From the human T2T-CHM13v2.0 reference genome, Homo sapiens, in NCBI RefSeq assembly GCF_009914755.1, contig NC_060929.1: a DNA stretch of 64,000 nucleotides, one strand, 5' to 3'. The number at the start of each line of letters is the position of its first letter. Position 1 is the first letter of the stretch. Shown here piece after piece: positions 40,293-55,119 of the stretch. The translations under genes and the position numbers were made by a program. The notes beneath the pieces are model-generated. The model had not been told where the DNA came from. It saw only the letters and a program-made list of their open reading frames with translations, and did not search any database.

Positions 40293-43078
40293 GAGTTATT
40301 GCTAATTTAATATCATATTATCTTTATGCTACTGGAAGGGCCATCATTATCATTGCCTATGCTCCACAGTAAAAAATATATATATGATTAACCAAAAGAT
40401 TTAAGCTTTAAGGAGGAATATTTTTCTCTAGTTTCTGCCTCTCTGAAGGAATTGTGGAGAGCCCAGACCTGCATGCTTTCTTAAGCCAGGAGCTGAGGGC
40501 AGAGGGTAAAGCAAAGTGGGAGAAAGTTATCTAGCAAATCCAACATGAGGAGATAAAACACTGACAAAAAAAAGGTAGCACTATAGAAAATAACTCTGGT
40601 AGAAACAAATACAGAAACATTTTGTACCCTGAGTACTTGGTGTATGTGTGACTGATAGCAATACTCTTGGTCTAACATATTTCATCTCCATGCCTACAGT
40701 ATACAATGGACCTAATAAAGGGGCAGTTATTTAGAAGCTCATGAGCATAGTGTAGTGGGACAGGCAGTGGTCTGTAGGTTAGAAGACAGGTTTTTTATTT
40801 TTTTCTAGGCTTCCACTTACAATTTTGTGAGTTTCAGTAGCTTGTGTCATGAAATTGTTATAATTAGATCCTTCCTGTGTTCTGCAAAGGAAAGATCTAT
40901 TCAAAATGCTTCTAAAATTCTAACAGTCCTCCACAAGTGGAATCATCATTTGTAAATTAATCCTCACCTTTAACAGAGTGGCTTTTGCCACATACTGCTC
41001 TCTACTTAATTGTCATCAATCATTAATTTTAAATTAATCCAGCTCAATATTTTTCAAACTGTAACCATGCAACTTTAGTTCTAACTCTCAGAGCTACGGA
41101 AATAAAGCACCAGAAAGCAAATTTTGCCTTCACCGTTCTGCTGAAGACTTCCCTGAAAGAGGTCCCCTATTCAGACCTGCACAATACCACGACTTTAGGG
41201 AGATGTGACCTCACATTTAATTCCCTAGAATGGTCCCTTTATCTAATCTGGTCTTGGGCAAAATAATTATTGTACCTTATTGTGAAATGCAGAAAAGCAG
41301 AGTCAGTCAGATCCTTGCCTCTAACCAATCCAGGTTTGTTTCTCAGTTTTTCCTGGATATGATCCAAGTTGCCTTAGAGAACTTAAGACTAGATTAAAGA
41401 AAATGTGCTTGGCATGCGAGGTGTGTTCTGGAAACTGTGACATTTAAATAGAATCATGTTCAAACTTTCACACCTGGGAGTCCAATCTGGCTGAACTTCA
41501 GGGGAGCTGGAGCGGGGAGGAGTGGAATAAAGGTATTTAAGTAATTATTTAATTTTGCCAATGCTGACTGTGGGTACTTAGAGATGGCAATTTAAACACA
41601 AATTAAAAACAAATATTATTTTCATTGTTACCTGAAAGTCACTGCCTTCTCTTCCTCACATATATTCCCAGAGGCTGTCTCTACAATTATTTAAATGGAT
41701 TATGAGACTTGAGAAATACAAAGTAACATAATGAAGTAAGGTCTACCATTTTATCCTAATAATTAAAAGTCTGACTTTTTTAAAGGTTACAATGATATTT
41801 GCTGTGAAAATACCCAGCATAACATTATGAAAACAGAGACTCAGAGGACCACTTGGTACTTTGTGGGATCACTTAAAATTAAGGTTTTATTCTACTCTCT
41901 GTACTGTTTTTAGGATGCAGATTTGAAGCTATCACCGTAGTCATTTCTTTTAAATGTATGTACTTTAAATTTTAAAAAGAAAATTAGTTCACTTTCAATG
42001 ATGAATTATTCAGTTGCTTATGCTTAATAGTATTAAATCTTCTGGATTTTGACAAGGTTTTAAGACCATATTAATAATCAACCACTAACAGTTCCATTGC
42101 ATTTGTACTCTGAATATAAATATTGTACACATTTCTATTTCTTTAAGCTTTTATTTAAAGTGTGTCTTTCTGGCCAAATAAAAAATAATAATTTTCTTAT
42201 GAATTCAAAGCGAGTGGAATGCCTCTGACATTCATACAGCTCTGCAACTCAAATCAATTTTGTCCATGTACAAAAGCATCATCTAGAATCTTTGTACATT
42301 GCATCCTCATCAGCTAACTCAAATCTTCTTTGTACAAGAAGTAGCACTGACATAAACAATTTTCAAAATAAACATTAAAAGATATAGTAAATCTGCTGCA
42401 TGACTACAAGAAGAGTACAACAGTAAGATATAGTTTTGAAATAAACATGAGATATTATCAGTCAGAATAGGCTAGGCATGCTGCATTAATAAACAACCCA
42501 AAATTTCAGTGGCTTAAGCATAACAAAGGATTCTTATTTTCTTGTACTTCATGGCTCTTGTGAGTACATGGCTCAGGTCAGTCCCTCAGCATACCAGCTA
42601 ATGAAGCGCCATCATTTTTTAGATCTCTGCAGAATTACTCCTAGAGTTTTATATAATGGAGAGAGTGCTCCTGGAAACTTGGATCAAAATTAAATGTGCA
42701 GGCCAGACATCATGCACAGCATCTCCAGTCTCAACTCATTGGTCAGAAATGGATTTGTTACTTTATGAATCACAAGAAGTCAGAAACTGGGCCAATCCTG
42801 TAGTCAACAACTGTGAGAGAAAAAACTGTGCATTTAAATAACCGTAAAGACCAGCATAGTCTACCTATCTGATCAACACATATTTGTTTCACTCTTCAAT
42901 TCACCAGCAAAATACATTTACAGACTTCCTGAGTGAGACAACATAATTGTTCATCCAGTCATGTCATGGAGGGCAAAGGCTTAGATCTGTGAGTGATTCA
43001 TGGTGGTGTCTATATCAGGGAGTACACTCATTATTAAACTATGATCTCTCAGCTTGATTCCCATCATTCTATATTCCA

Positions 43079-43517
43079 ATTTATTTTAATTTTTGGCATA
43101 TAAAAATGTATTACTACTGTGGTTTTACCACAAAAAATTATGATCTTGGTCTTTCCTTCTTGCTTTTGTATAGGACCAAGAGACATTGGCTACTCTGACA
43201 ACATTAAAGCGGACTACAGGAATGTCAACAACAGTATGACCTTTTTGACAAATTCAGCAACCAGAAATTCATCTTTTCCTCAATAAAGTTCAAGCAACCA
43301 TCGTTGGGTACAAAGACTATGATTTTCTTGCCATTCTCAATCAGCTGAACTATAGTACACTTCCTGATATTAGAATTTGGCCATTCGGCTTCAACTCCTA
43401 TTTTTCCAACACAGTTCTCTTTGTATGGGAAACATTTCCAAAAGCGTTGGCCTTCAGGCTGTGCCTAAATGGGCTTTCTTGTACTGTTTGTCATTCCACT
43501 TATGTTCCTGTCAGTGA
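43079..43517 (-). pseudogene. RPS23P: RPS23 processed pseudogene, 5'-truncated, with frameshifts and a premature stop
   Basis: Reverse complement encodes ..[73 protein letters not shown]. Intronless; stop at 43138-43140; RPS23-like 3' UTR and poly(A) remnant. Confidence 0.95.
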
Positions 43518-43619
43518 ACAGGGAGATTCTTGGTACAAAGTACAAAGTCCACAACATTTGTTCATCCTGCCATTGCCAAAGGCCTGAGCAAAAGAGAAAA
43601 CCAGCACCCATACTTCCTT

Positions 43620-44214
43620 TTATGACACCAACATTCTGCAAACTATGTTTTAACAGCTGACTCCCTGCTAGATTTTGCTATTAGGGGGTTCTATAAGGAG
43701 ACTGGAAGAAGAAAAATAAAATGCACAATGCTTGCTCTTTGATCCAAACTCACTCCAGTAATAACTCTTCAGTCCACTAGGGGCAGCTATTTGAGTAAGA
43801 GCAACTTACAACCTGTAGTTTTTCAACACTCCCAAAAGAGTCTCATTTTGCCCCTTCACAAACAGGAGCATCAGTTTCCTACATACCCCACAACTCCATC
43901 TCCAGAGAGCTCTTCCTCCGAATGTACCAGTCTGAAATCCACCAGTCTGAAATCTATCAGTCTGAAATTTACCAGGCTGAATCCCAGCTCTGAGATAATT
44001 CTAACTTTTCCTACAGTTTCCAAACTCTAGGAGTGGTATTAACTTTCTTTAGAAAAGAAAGCATCACATACTCTCTATGTGATGTTTCTGTGTTTTATTG
44101 CCTTTTCATTTCCCTAATACTACTAAATGATGTTTTATATTAAATTCTCAGTTAAAATAACTGGGGTGTTTTGCGATTATTTTTTTTTTCTTCTGACTAG
44201 ACCCCGACTGAATT
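43620..44214 (+). mobile_element. Ancient ERVL-class LTR (family uncertain)
   Basis: 3' end tatattaaattctcagttaaaataactgg...ctgactagaccccgactga. Confidence 0.45.
43926..43985. repeat. 15-bp minisatellite, 4 copies (accagtctgaaatcc)
   Basis: accagtctgaaatcc / accagtctgaaatct / atcagtctgaaattt / accaggctgaatccc. Confidence 0.9.
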
Positions 44215-44569
44215 AGTCTATACTTCCAGTTTGGAATTAGTTCCTCTTGATGCAGAGGAGCTAATTGTACACTTGAAGACAAGGTATTTGTCCTCAATCC
44301 ACCCTGTAAAAAAGCGTGGGTTTGAAACAGGCTATCTTCAATACATGTTTCTATTTAGAAAATAGAAAGAATATGAAATATTAAGCAGTTAACTTTCTGG
44401 GTCTGGACAGAAGTTTCTAAGGGAAAAGGAATATTCATTATTATACTCTAATCTTTCTCCTTAGGAGGAAACCTTCAGTCGATTGTTTGTAACCTCTGGA
44501 AGTCCTATACTTTCCATCATCCTTTTAGGTCATCTCTGAAGAGAGCATTGGAGAGCACTGGGGAGCATT

Positions 44570-45046
44570 CCCTCTGGATTGAGTCCTCTGATAAGCAGAT
44601 GCTAGGAGAGTATTAAACATGAAATAAATTTCTTAGAAAGTAATGCCTGTGAGAAAAAAAAATGGAAAAGGCACTCAGGGAGGCTGGGGAACCTTCAGAT
44701 CATGACGCAGGTCTGACCCCAAGAGGAGGAGAGAGAAAAGGAAGCAAGGAAAGAGGGAAGGAAGGAAGGGAGGGCTGAAGTTTCTTAAAATGCAAAGCAA
44801 GGCTAAGACAATTTTGGCACAAACATCTGTGAGTTTTGGGGGTTAAGTCACCCAGAAAAGGGGTCTCTTGTCCCAGGAATGAGCCTGGCTTAGGATCCCT
44901 GGCATATTCAGACACAACTGGGAGCAGCCTGTGGGATGGTGGCATCAGCACATACACAGCCACGATTTCAGAGGGCAGCGACTAAGCGCTTGGTCATAGG
45001 CTTCTGCAGGTGGCGATCTGAGTTGCACTTCCTCATGGCCGCCACA
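44570..45046 (-). mobile_element. LTR16 (B/D-like) solo LTR
   Basis: aagcagatgct...aatgcctgtga...cttcagatcatgacgcaggtctgacccc...gatctgag...catggccgccaca. Confidence 0.75.
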
Positions 45047-46819
45047 TCTGTTTTGGGACTGAAAAGCTTCCTGAGATTGTCCTCTTCCAATATAAACATG
45101 AGGGTTCAAGATTGCATAATGTCCAAAGCAGTACGACTTAAATTAACTTCCTCTTTGCCAGCATAGCTTTCTCAAAAACTTAGTCTTATCTATGTTATTC
45201 TAATCAACAGCACATTCCAATAGCTATACACATAGATCTTTCCAAGACTTTAAACTCTCCTTCTCTGGACATAATTGCTGGTACCTGGAGCTTATCAGAT
45301 ATCCATGAGAGGCCATACTCTGGTGTATTTCCTCCTTTAAGTTATTTTGTCCAACTGAAAGGATTAATAGATCTGCACTTATGCCATTAAAAAGATGAAC
45401 AACGGATGTGAAAGCCATACTTTTGATTCTTGCCTCTAGGCAGAGGTTTAATCTGATTTTGGTACTCACATAATTTATTTGTCTTTTTCTATTTCGGATA
45501 AAACAACAACAACAACAACAAAGAAAAACAGTTACTTCTTCCAAACCTACAAGTATCTGAATATCTGTACCCTCTATTTTCTTTAGTCCTGATTTCAAAC
45601 CAGTCAATTCTGTTATCTTGCTTTTAGTACTTTCTCAAATGGAGTGGCAAAAACAACTAATGGCATTCTGCTTCCCAAACTCTACCGCTGAAGCAACATG
45701 TTTATTACGCATATTATGTGACTTCCAAGTTTATTCAAGCAACAGTTTCACCATATAATTTGTCGCCCTGTAACAATGATTTTTTTTTTTTTCTGAATGA
45801 CCATGCATTAGAGATTAAATTCTAGTTCTGGAAGGATATGTGTCACCAAAATTACTTACATAATCCCAATAAACCGCACAGGCACGGAAAGGTCATTCCC
45901 CACATGTATCTGGAGAAGGAAAGAGGGGAATAATTTAGCAAGCAGTAGGACTTCCATAAAGGTTGTGTTAAAAAAAAAAAAAAAAAGTAAAGTATCTGTA
46001 CCAGGTACACTAAATCTTGCTCATTTCATTCAAATTTATTTTGCTATTAATATACATGTACCTAATTGGTTGAGCATAATTAAACTAGATTTCCAAGATT
46101 TAAATAGGATTGCTACTAATAAGCTAGAGATTGCCAGTGACAGCATGAGATATGATTTTCAGGGCATCTGCAGTCTGAGAATTGCCAATGCCATGGCATT
46201 TCCTTTAGTACCTCCCTGTTCTACTTGGAATCATGAAAACCTTCAGACATGTAAGGAAAAATCATCTTTTTGGAGCCCTTTAAATATAAGTTATGCCAAT
46301 CATCTGTTCACCAAACCATTCACTGTTGATATTTCTCTACATGTTAGTGAAACATTTTGCTCCCCTTCTCCACAATCCCCCTCAAACCACAGAGAGGGAA
46401 ATTTCTACCAATAATTCCATCCTATGTGGGGTATGTTGAGATGGAAGCTTCTGTCCCTCTTTTTGCCCCCTTTCTTTACACCTGCAGATACGTGGTCAAG
46501 TGACTAACCTGATGAGTGGAGTTAAGGAAAGTCTGATGTGTGAGCTATAAGCTAAGTAAGCAAATACCACAGTTTAATTGAGAGCATCCAGATTTCAATC
46601 TGTATCCTGACATAATTATTAATAGTGCACCCTTTCAGTTTAAAAAGTGTCTCAGTTTTCATAGAAAATTGTGTAGTACCTCTAGTTAAGTGACCCTAAT
46701 GATACATGGCCTATTCCTTGCTTCCTGTTGGACCTGCCTATGTTCTTGAGGGGCAGATTTGGAGCTCCCACTCCCCATAATTCCTTCTGAGTGAGTTCTC
46801 TTGACTTTACAAAGGCCTG

Positions 46820-46937
46820 TGTGACGGTTAATTTTTATGTCAACTTCACTAAAGTGTGATGCCCAGTTGTTTGGTCAAACACTAGACTAGATGTTACTGT
46901 GAAGGTATTTCATAGATGTGGTGAACATCTACAATCT
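46820..46937 (+). mobile_element. MLT2 (D-like) LTR 5' fragment
   Basis: tgtgacggttaatttttatgtcaactt...gcccagttgtttggtcaaacactag. Confidence 0.8.
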
Positions 46938-46970
46938 GAGAGATTCATTCTGAGGTGAAACAATGTTTTG

Positions 46971-47278
46971 TTTTTGTTGTTGTTTTTGGTTGAGATGGAG
47001 TCTCACTCTGTCACCCAGGCTGGAGTGCAATAGCACGATCTCAGCTCATGGCTCACAGCAAACTCCGCCTCCTGGGTTCAAGCAATTCTCCTGCCTCAGC
47101 TTCCCGAGTAGCTGGGATTACAGGCGCGTGCCACCACACCTAACTAGTTTTGAATTTTTAGTAGAGATGGGGTTTCACCATGTTGGCCAGGCTGGTCTCA
47201 AACTCCAAACCTCAGGTGATCCACCTGCCTCGGCTTCCCAAAGTGCTGGATTACAGGCGTGAACCACCGCACCCGGAC
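46971..47278 (-). mobile_element. AluSx/Sz
   Basis: Antisense dimeric Alu; 15-bp TSD tgaaacaat(g/a)ttttg at 46956-46970 and 47279-47293. Confidence 0.96.
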
Positions 47279-48848
47279 TGAAACAATATTTTGATGGCAG
47301 AGTCAACCAGGTTTCGCATGGGCTAAGGTGACAATATCTTCAGGAAGCATAATCTTATACATTTATCTTTGATTTTATCCAGTTTAGAGTTTATCTATTA
47401 AATTTTACTTGGATATATTTTCCTATTTCAATATTCTTTATTGATCATTTTTATATTCACCTATCTTGTTTGTCTCTGCTTTATTTTGCCTTATATATTA
47501 TTAATTTTTTTATGAATGTTGGGTTGAGATTTCTCTCTCTCATTCTCCTTTCCTCCCCTCGCCCCCACCTTTCTCTACTCCTCTGTGGCCCCAGTTCAGA
47601 ACCATAACTATTTCAGATAACTGAGGTCTTTGGTGATGTAGGGTTATTGAACATACAGTCATTGTCACTACATCAGAGAGTAACCTCACTTACACTTATG
47701 CTATTTTGATACTTTCTTTCTCCCTCATGCCATAGACTATAAGTTGTAACCTTAGAACAATTCTTTTTGCGGAGCAAATAACTCTATTCCACTACTTCTT
47801 ATGGGGAACTGTTATTCCCATTTTCCCAAGAAGGCTATGGGTGCCGCTGCTCATTTGCTGCTGTCATTCTAATCCCTGAAGCCTCAGAGGGTCCGTTTTG
47901 CACAATGTGTTTCATTTTTTGTTATACAAAGATGGCTGTATTAATTTTGTAGTATATACGTGTTCCTTAATGTTCTCCTTTAAATAACAGCCATCGTCAT
48001 TATGCATTTGGAGCAGGAAGATTCAAAATATGAAGTTCCGTTGCCATCTTGGCTTGAATGCAGCAGGATATTCTCAACACATTCTCGCCTTACCTGTGGC
48101 TTCAGGCCATTTCCAATGTTGTTGCTTCCTTCTTTTTGCTTTTATATATTTTCTGACTTTTCTTCAACGACTGCATATTTCTTTTGACAAGAGAAAAGGA
48201 TGGATTTAAGATCTCAACAAAAGGGAAGGATAATTTGTAAATGTTTAATTTATAGACATTTGATGGGTTTTCTAATATTTATTGGACTATTTCTGTCTAG
48301 AAAAAACAGAAAAAATTCTCAAGTAGATAAGAACATCACGCCAGAAGTGGGAACAAAAGGATATTAAGAGAAGGTAGTCAACTACATTTTCTTACTTCAT
48401 GAAGTTTAAATATTTCCATATAATCAACAATTCTCACTTCTGAGCACAGTACAAGTTAACAGCCATTTTCCAAACAGCACACCTAACTTTAGGTACTGCT
48501 TGATAATTTGCTTGCAATCCCCAAGCTAAATACTGAGGTTTGAAAATATTTACTTCTTTGATACCAGTGTGTAGGTTTGGCTTAAATTGTTGATCAAAAT
48601 CTCAACCAGACATATTTGCATAAAAGAATCCTACTAGAAAAAATGCACTATCAGAAAAAAATGTAATTCTTCTCACATGTTAAAAACAAAGACACTTCAG
48701 GGGATGCTTGTCAAATGTCTTAAAGGTAGTTCTATACATGCAACAGTGTATAAGATTTCAGTCTAGAATCTTTCCTTTCACCTCAAATAGGTTTCTGCCT
48801 TTAAGTTACAAAATAAAATTTAGTCCTTAATGTCTAAATAACCAACTG

Positions 48849-49249
48849 TGTCATAGTTTGTTTTGTGCTGCTATAATGGAATACCAGACTGGGTAATTTG
48901 TAAAGAACAGAAATTTATTTCTCACAGTTCTGCAGACTGAGAAGTCAAGATTAAGGCACCAGCAGGCTCAGTGTTTGATGAGGGCAGCTCTCTGCTTTCA
49001 AGATGGTGCCTTGAGTGTTGCATCCTCAAAAGGGGAGGAATGTAGTGTCCTTATATGACAGAAGTCAGAAGGGCAAAAAAGAGTAAACTCCTTCTATCAA
49101 GCCCTTTTATAAGGGCACCTAATCCCATTCATGAGTGAAGCTGTCATAACTGAATCACCTATCAATGTCCACACATCCAAAAACTGTTGCATGGGGGATT
49201 AAATTTTAACATGAATTTTAGAGTTGACAAAAGCATTCAAACCACAGCT
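48849..49249 (-). mobile_element. MST (C/D-like) solo LTR
   Basis: tgtcatagtttgttttgtgctgctataa...cattcaaaccacagc; 5-bp TSD AACTG at 48844-48848 and 49250-49254. Confidence 0.9.
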
Positions 49250-49538
49250 AACTGTATATTTAAATATTTAAATGGCTGATGTTACCAGTTATAGTATTTT
49301 AAATAGCTGAAGGATGTAAGAGGATCAAAAAGTGACTATGTGTAGTAGAAATCATTAATCCCAAACCAAAAGAGATATTGGTATGGAAACCAGTGAATTG
49401 GTTTCTTCATATCAATTATCTACTGGGATTCTGAAAATATTTTATCCACTAGTTTTATAATCCTACAGCCATAGAACACCAGTGGAACCCATGCTGGGAA
49501 GCCCAATGATCACTGCTTAGTCCTCACCTTATTGGTCC

Positions 49539-50121
49539 TGTCTAAAGCAAAAATTGCACTAGGAAAAGTTAATCAAACAAGGAAGACTTTATTCAAGAAT
49601 ACTGCAATAGGGAAGAGATGCCAAAATTAAAATCTAAACTCAACTATGCTGAAACAAAATGCAGGGGAATTTTTAATTGTGGAGTGAGATAGTGGCAAAG
49701 TACTGGAGAACTTTTGGGGTAAGGATGATTAATAGGATGGGTTGAACACATTGAGTTATTCCTAAGTTTTCACATGTTTTTTGTTTTGTTTTGTTTTCTT
49801 GTGATTAGACCATCTGCATCTTCTATTTGGCATTCCTCAAAGTTAGGATCCCACCCTCTCAAATAAACTGAGGAATAGGAGCTCTACCTTCCTTGATGAT
49901 TACCTCTCAAAGAGATGGCTCCTAAGTCTTTGTACGAGACATTTCTAGGCTATAAAACTGGTAGAAAGCTTTAAAAAATATTTATATCCCAAGGGAACAA
50001 AGAATTTATAATTACACATATTCTAAAGGAAATGGTCTGTGGAGTTCAGGGGTCTTGAATTAGGAAGAAGTCTGTCTTAGCTTTAGTCCAGCTGGATGGC
50101 ACTTCAAGGCCCTCTTGGTCA
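49539..50121 (-). mobile_element. MER31-like solo LTR (ERV1)
   Basis: tgtctaaagcaaaaattgcac...aggaagactttattcaag...cctcttggtca; TG...CA ends; 4-bp TSD GTCC at 49535-49538 and 50122-50125. Confidence 0.8.
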
Positions 50122-50270
50122 GTCCTCTCAGCAGCATTTGACACAATTGATCATTCTCTCCCCAAAACATTGCCTTTACTTAGCTTAAGGGACACGGCCC
50201 ATGGCCAGTTTTCTCCGCCTCATTAGTGGCTGACTCTGGGCCACTCTTACTAGATTGAGGGCTCTCTTCT

Positions 50271-50996
<726 letters not shown>

Positions 50997-51370
50997 TTCA
51001 TAACCTCTACAAGACAGAGTGCCACAGGCTCAGTTCTCTAGCCCCTTTTTTATTAGCATTTATTCCCTCTGTCACTTCCCAAAGTCTGCTGGATAGAAGT
51101 TATATTTTTAAGTTGATAACACACACATTTATATCCTCAGCCTAAACAATCCCTCAAATTCACAAGTCCTTTAACCAAATTCCTATGTAACATCTTCATT
51201 CCATATGTAATAGCACCTGAAATGTAATATGTGATATGTACTTGTTATTCCTTTTTAAGCTGCACCTTCTCCATTTTTCTCCAACTCAAGAAATAGTAAC
51301 TACAGTTCTCAGCTGCTCCACCCAAATAATCTTCTCATCATCTTTTACCTTTCTCATTTTTTCCATCTCA

Positions 51371-51750
<380 letters not shown>

Positions 51751-51769
51751 AAACTCGCCTGATGCCAAA

Positions 51770-51950
51770 GGGGAAAGGGATTGACTCCAGGTCTGTGTTT
51801 ATCAGTTGTGTAGACTTGGGTAATTCCATTAACCATTATGACTTAATTATCTCTTATCTAAAATGGATGTTAACAACATCTACTTCATAGGGTTGTTATA
51901 GCACACACAGTGTGGTGCACACAATTGTTTAATAAATGGCAAGCACAATT
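51770..51950 (+). mobile_element. MIR
   Basis: tgtgtagacttgggtaa...taaaatggatgttaacaacatctacttcatagggttgtt. Confidence 0.7.
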
Positions 51951-54364
51951 ATATGGTGTACTTTAAGAATTTCTCCCTGTTGGGAAATAACATAAGGTTG
52001 ATCTGCAGTGCAATAGCTCTATCCTTTTCCTTTTCCTCCCGGTTTCCCATAGGAAACCATGGTCAGCAGTTAGGTACACTCAAACCATATAATGTTTGAG
52101 CATAATTGGGTTTACTGTAGAATACTCCTGCACTCTCCACTGTCTTCTTGAAAGTGATACATGACTCATTTTAACTGAGGCAAGGAAACAGCCAAATTTA
52201 AATATATGTGCAGTAGCACACTTGAATCATGACGATAGAGCTTGTCTTCTGCCAAATTGAACACTCGGGAAATATCATCTTTAATGCATCAAATCCTTTT
52301 GCTTTCCCACCTTCTTCTAGAGTGTCCTTTTATACAGATCACATAGGGACAGTCAGGCTGTAAAAGAGGGCAATCTATGCCAGTCTCCCATGAAGGGCTA
52401 ACATGCTCAGTTTTCATTCTTTTTTCTTTTGTGCATACTCCTGACAAGCTTTTCAAGGTTCCAAATTCATCAACAAATTTATATTTAGGGATTTTAATTA
52501 ATAACAAGGTGTATGAAGTTCATAACAAATCCAAAGATATCTAATTGTGTGGTTGTGAAGATGGAGATGCTAAGAAATGAAATGTGAAAAATGCTTTATG
52601 AACCATTAGACTGATGAAATGTCAGACACCACTATCTTCAATGAGGTTAGTCTACTCCGATGAAGTTGATGACATTGACCTATTCCATGGTATGTTCTGC
52701 CTACGTTTTTTGGTGTCACTCTGGTTGGGTAGGTGTTCTTGTGACTCATTCATTCATTAAAGGAAATTCAACTTTTCACCAGATCATGTAAGAATGAAGG
52801 GTATGTAAATGTGTTATTAATTTCTCAAAAACACTCATCTTCTAACCGAGAGTGAGTTAGGGACACTAATAAGAGTGTTAACTGGTGAAAACAGTCCTTC
52901 CATTTGTGGATACAAACAGTGGCATCATTTGAGGTTAACTGGTTGAAGTGATTAATAGTCTCTCTCTCTCGGAAACTAAAATCTGAAAATAATTAACTCT
53001 TCACTGGGGAAAGGATAAGCAGAAGTAAGATCTTATTGACAGCTCCTTGAACACAGAGAGCCTCAGTTTTTCTCACTTTGTACCATTAACCTAGGGTGTC
53101 CCCATAGGCTTATCTCTTTATCTAAATTTCCCCAAGCTGTGCTCAAGTTTCTCATCCTCCCTGAGGCTTCCTGCGTCATCTCCATCCACAAGGTTCTCTC
53201 CTACCTCTGGAAGTCTGTAAGACCATGTTTCGCATTAACTTATTTTTATATACTACTTATGATGTAGGTTAATTGTTCACATGTGGAAGCTTTGTCATTT
53301 ATATTAGCTGGGGCATTAAGGGAGCAAGTGAAAGCAACTCATTGAAGATTATTTATATTTATATATTTATAATAAAATAGGAAAAAAAAATTCTAGAAAA
53401 GAAAAGATTCATGTAGTTCACATGATCAAAGAATGGTCTTCAGGAATCACATTATAGAGACCTTCTGCCACCAAGTGACCTCTCTCTCTTGAGAAGAGAT
53501 CAGACCTTCAACCATTTGACTTAATGCTACAGATGAACACTCTATGTATGGGAAGGAAAGGAAGTGTCAGTTATATGACATTTCGAATCTCTACATTCAG
53601 AAGTCCAGCTGAAGAAATAACATCTTGATTTCAGGATGTGTCTGCTACCATTGGACCCACAGCTATTGCCAGGGAGTTGAGTTTGCCTTGTGCTAGATGC
53701 TTTTGTGTAATGTGATGAAGTTCAGTCTTGGAAATGGTAGATCCACCAGAGTCATAAGGTTCCACAAAGTAAAAGATATTGGGAAGAAAAAAAATACACA
53801 TTTTAGATTTCTATTTCTAGAAATAGAAATCTCCCAAGAGAACAAAACCACTTATTCCAGGTTGTCTCACAGTGGACAGCATGCATCTTGGGAATGGTCA
53901 GGAAAGTTATGCAAAGCAGACGGTGTTTGTGAAGGGTCTGTAGGATCACATTTCACCCAATTTCTCTGGCTTCTTATTCTATTGTGTTTCCCATTTCCCT
54001 GACTTGAGTTCCACTAACTTTCACTGAGAAATGAGCATTGAAACCTTAAGATTATGGAATTCCCATGAATAATCTGACACCCAACCATTTTGGATGGTAG
54101 CCTGCAGACCTGAAAGGTCCTTTCATGTCAGAGTTTCATGTCATTTCTTGTATGCTTCCAAATGCAAGTCCCTTTCTTCAAGTTCTTGATAAAGATAAGT
54201 ACGATGATAACACTCTAGCATCCTGATTTGTAGCCAAATCCACTAAAGCTTCAAATTTGAAGGTTGTATTTTCCAAGTTGCAAGAATTAAGTAACAGTTT
54301 AACTCTGTTACCATTTAATAAACATTTCCAATAACCCCAACCACCCCATGACACCACTATTTAT

Positions 54365-54482
54365 ATATTTTTAATTTAAATTTATGGAGTACAAGTGTAA
54401 TTTTTTTACACTGATATATTGTATAATGAAGTCAAGACGTTCACTGTATTCATCACTGGAGTAATATACAGTGTATACATTG
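54365..54482 (-). mobile_element. Short L1 3' end (L1PB/MA-like)
   Basis: tttatggagtacaagtgtaattt...gaagtcaag...tgtattcatcactggagtaat. Confidence 0.6.
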
Positions 54483-55119
54483 GGCTCTGCATTTTAGCAT
54501 ACATCACTTATAACAGATTACTACCAGTATCCATATTTGAATTAAAACTATTTCATTTGCAAATACTTCATAGGAACCTAAAATATCTTAAGCTAAAAGG
54601 GAACTTTATTAGTTCATCTATTTGTGATGAACACTTCAAAGAACTAATGAAAACTTGGCATTAGGAACTGGAGGCTGAGTTCGACACCAGTGAGACTCTC
54701 CTTCTGTTTTTTATTGCTTTTTAAGTTAATTCTAAATCTGTACTCTCTTCCAGGAGTAATACACATGCTTTATATAACCCTTTATTCACATTCTCCTATC
54801 TTAGCAGTCCTAGGTAGAGAAAGGTAGATTATCTCCTTATTTTCTTAACAAAGAAGGACTTAATTCACCTGACCTGAGTCATTTAACCACTATTTGTTTG
54901 ATCACTGTTTCCACAAATATGAGATCCTATAACTAACAAGGATGGGTTCATATTCCCTTCCCTGTGCACTGATGATAGGTGGCCAGCTGTGAGGTGATGC
55001 CTCATTAAAATCATATCAAAGAAAGGGGAGAAGCAATCATTTCCAAATGAAGAAATATTAAACAAGTTTTCTGCTACTCCCCACTTGGATTTTCACATAT
55101 TAAAATGCCTAACGAGAGG

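Larger units (their letters stand above)
42455..45790 (-). mobile_element. Old MLT1 (J/K-like) LTR (~42455-42860) with fragmented MLT1 internal sequence hosting later insertions
   Basis: cagtcagaataggctagg...aaacaacccaaaatttcagtggctta; MLT-int-like pieces at ~42860-43020, 44215-44560 and 45050-45790. Confidence 0.55.

Noticed and set aside
45224-46414. 127-aa and 149-aa ORFs
   Set aside because: Non-ATG starts, simple-repeat-derived C and K runs, no recognisable homology or exon structure
52162-54881. AP-1 heptamers at 52162, 52742 and 54875
   Set aside because: Several such 7-mers are expected by chance in 64 kb and these are not tightly clustered
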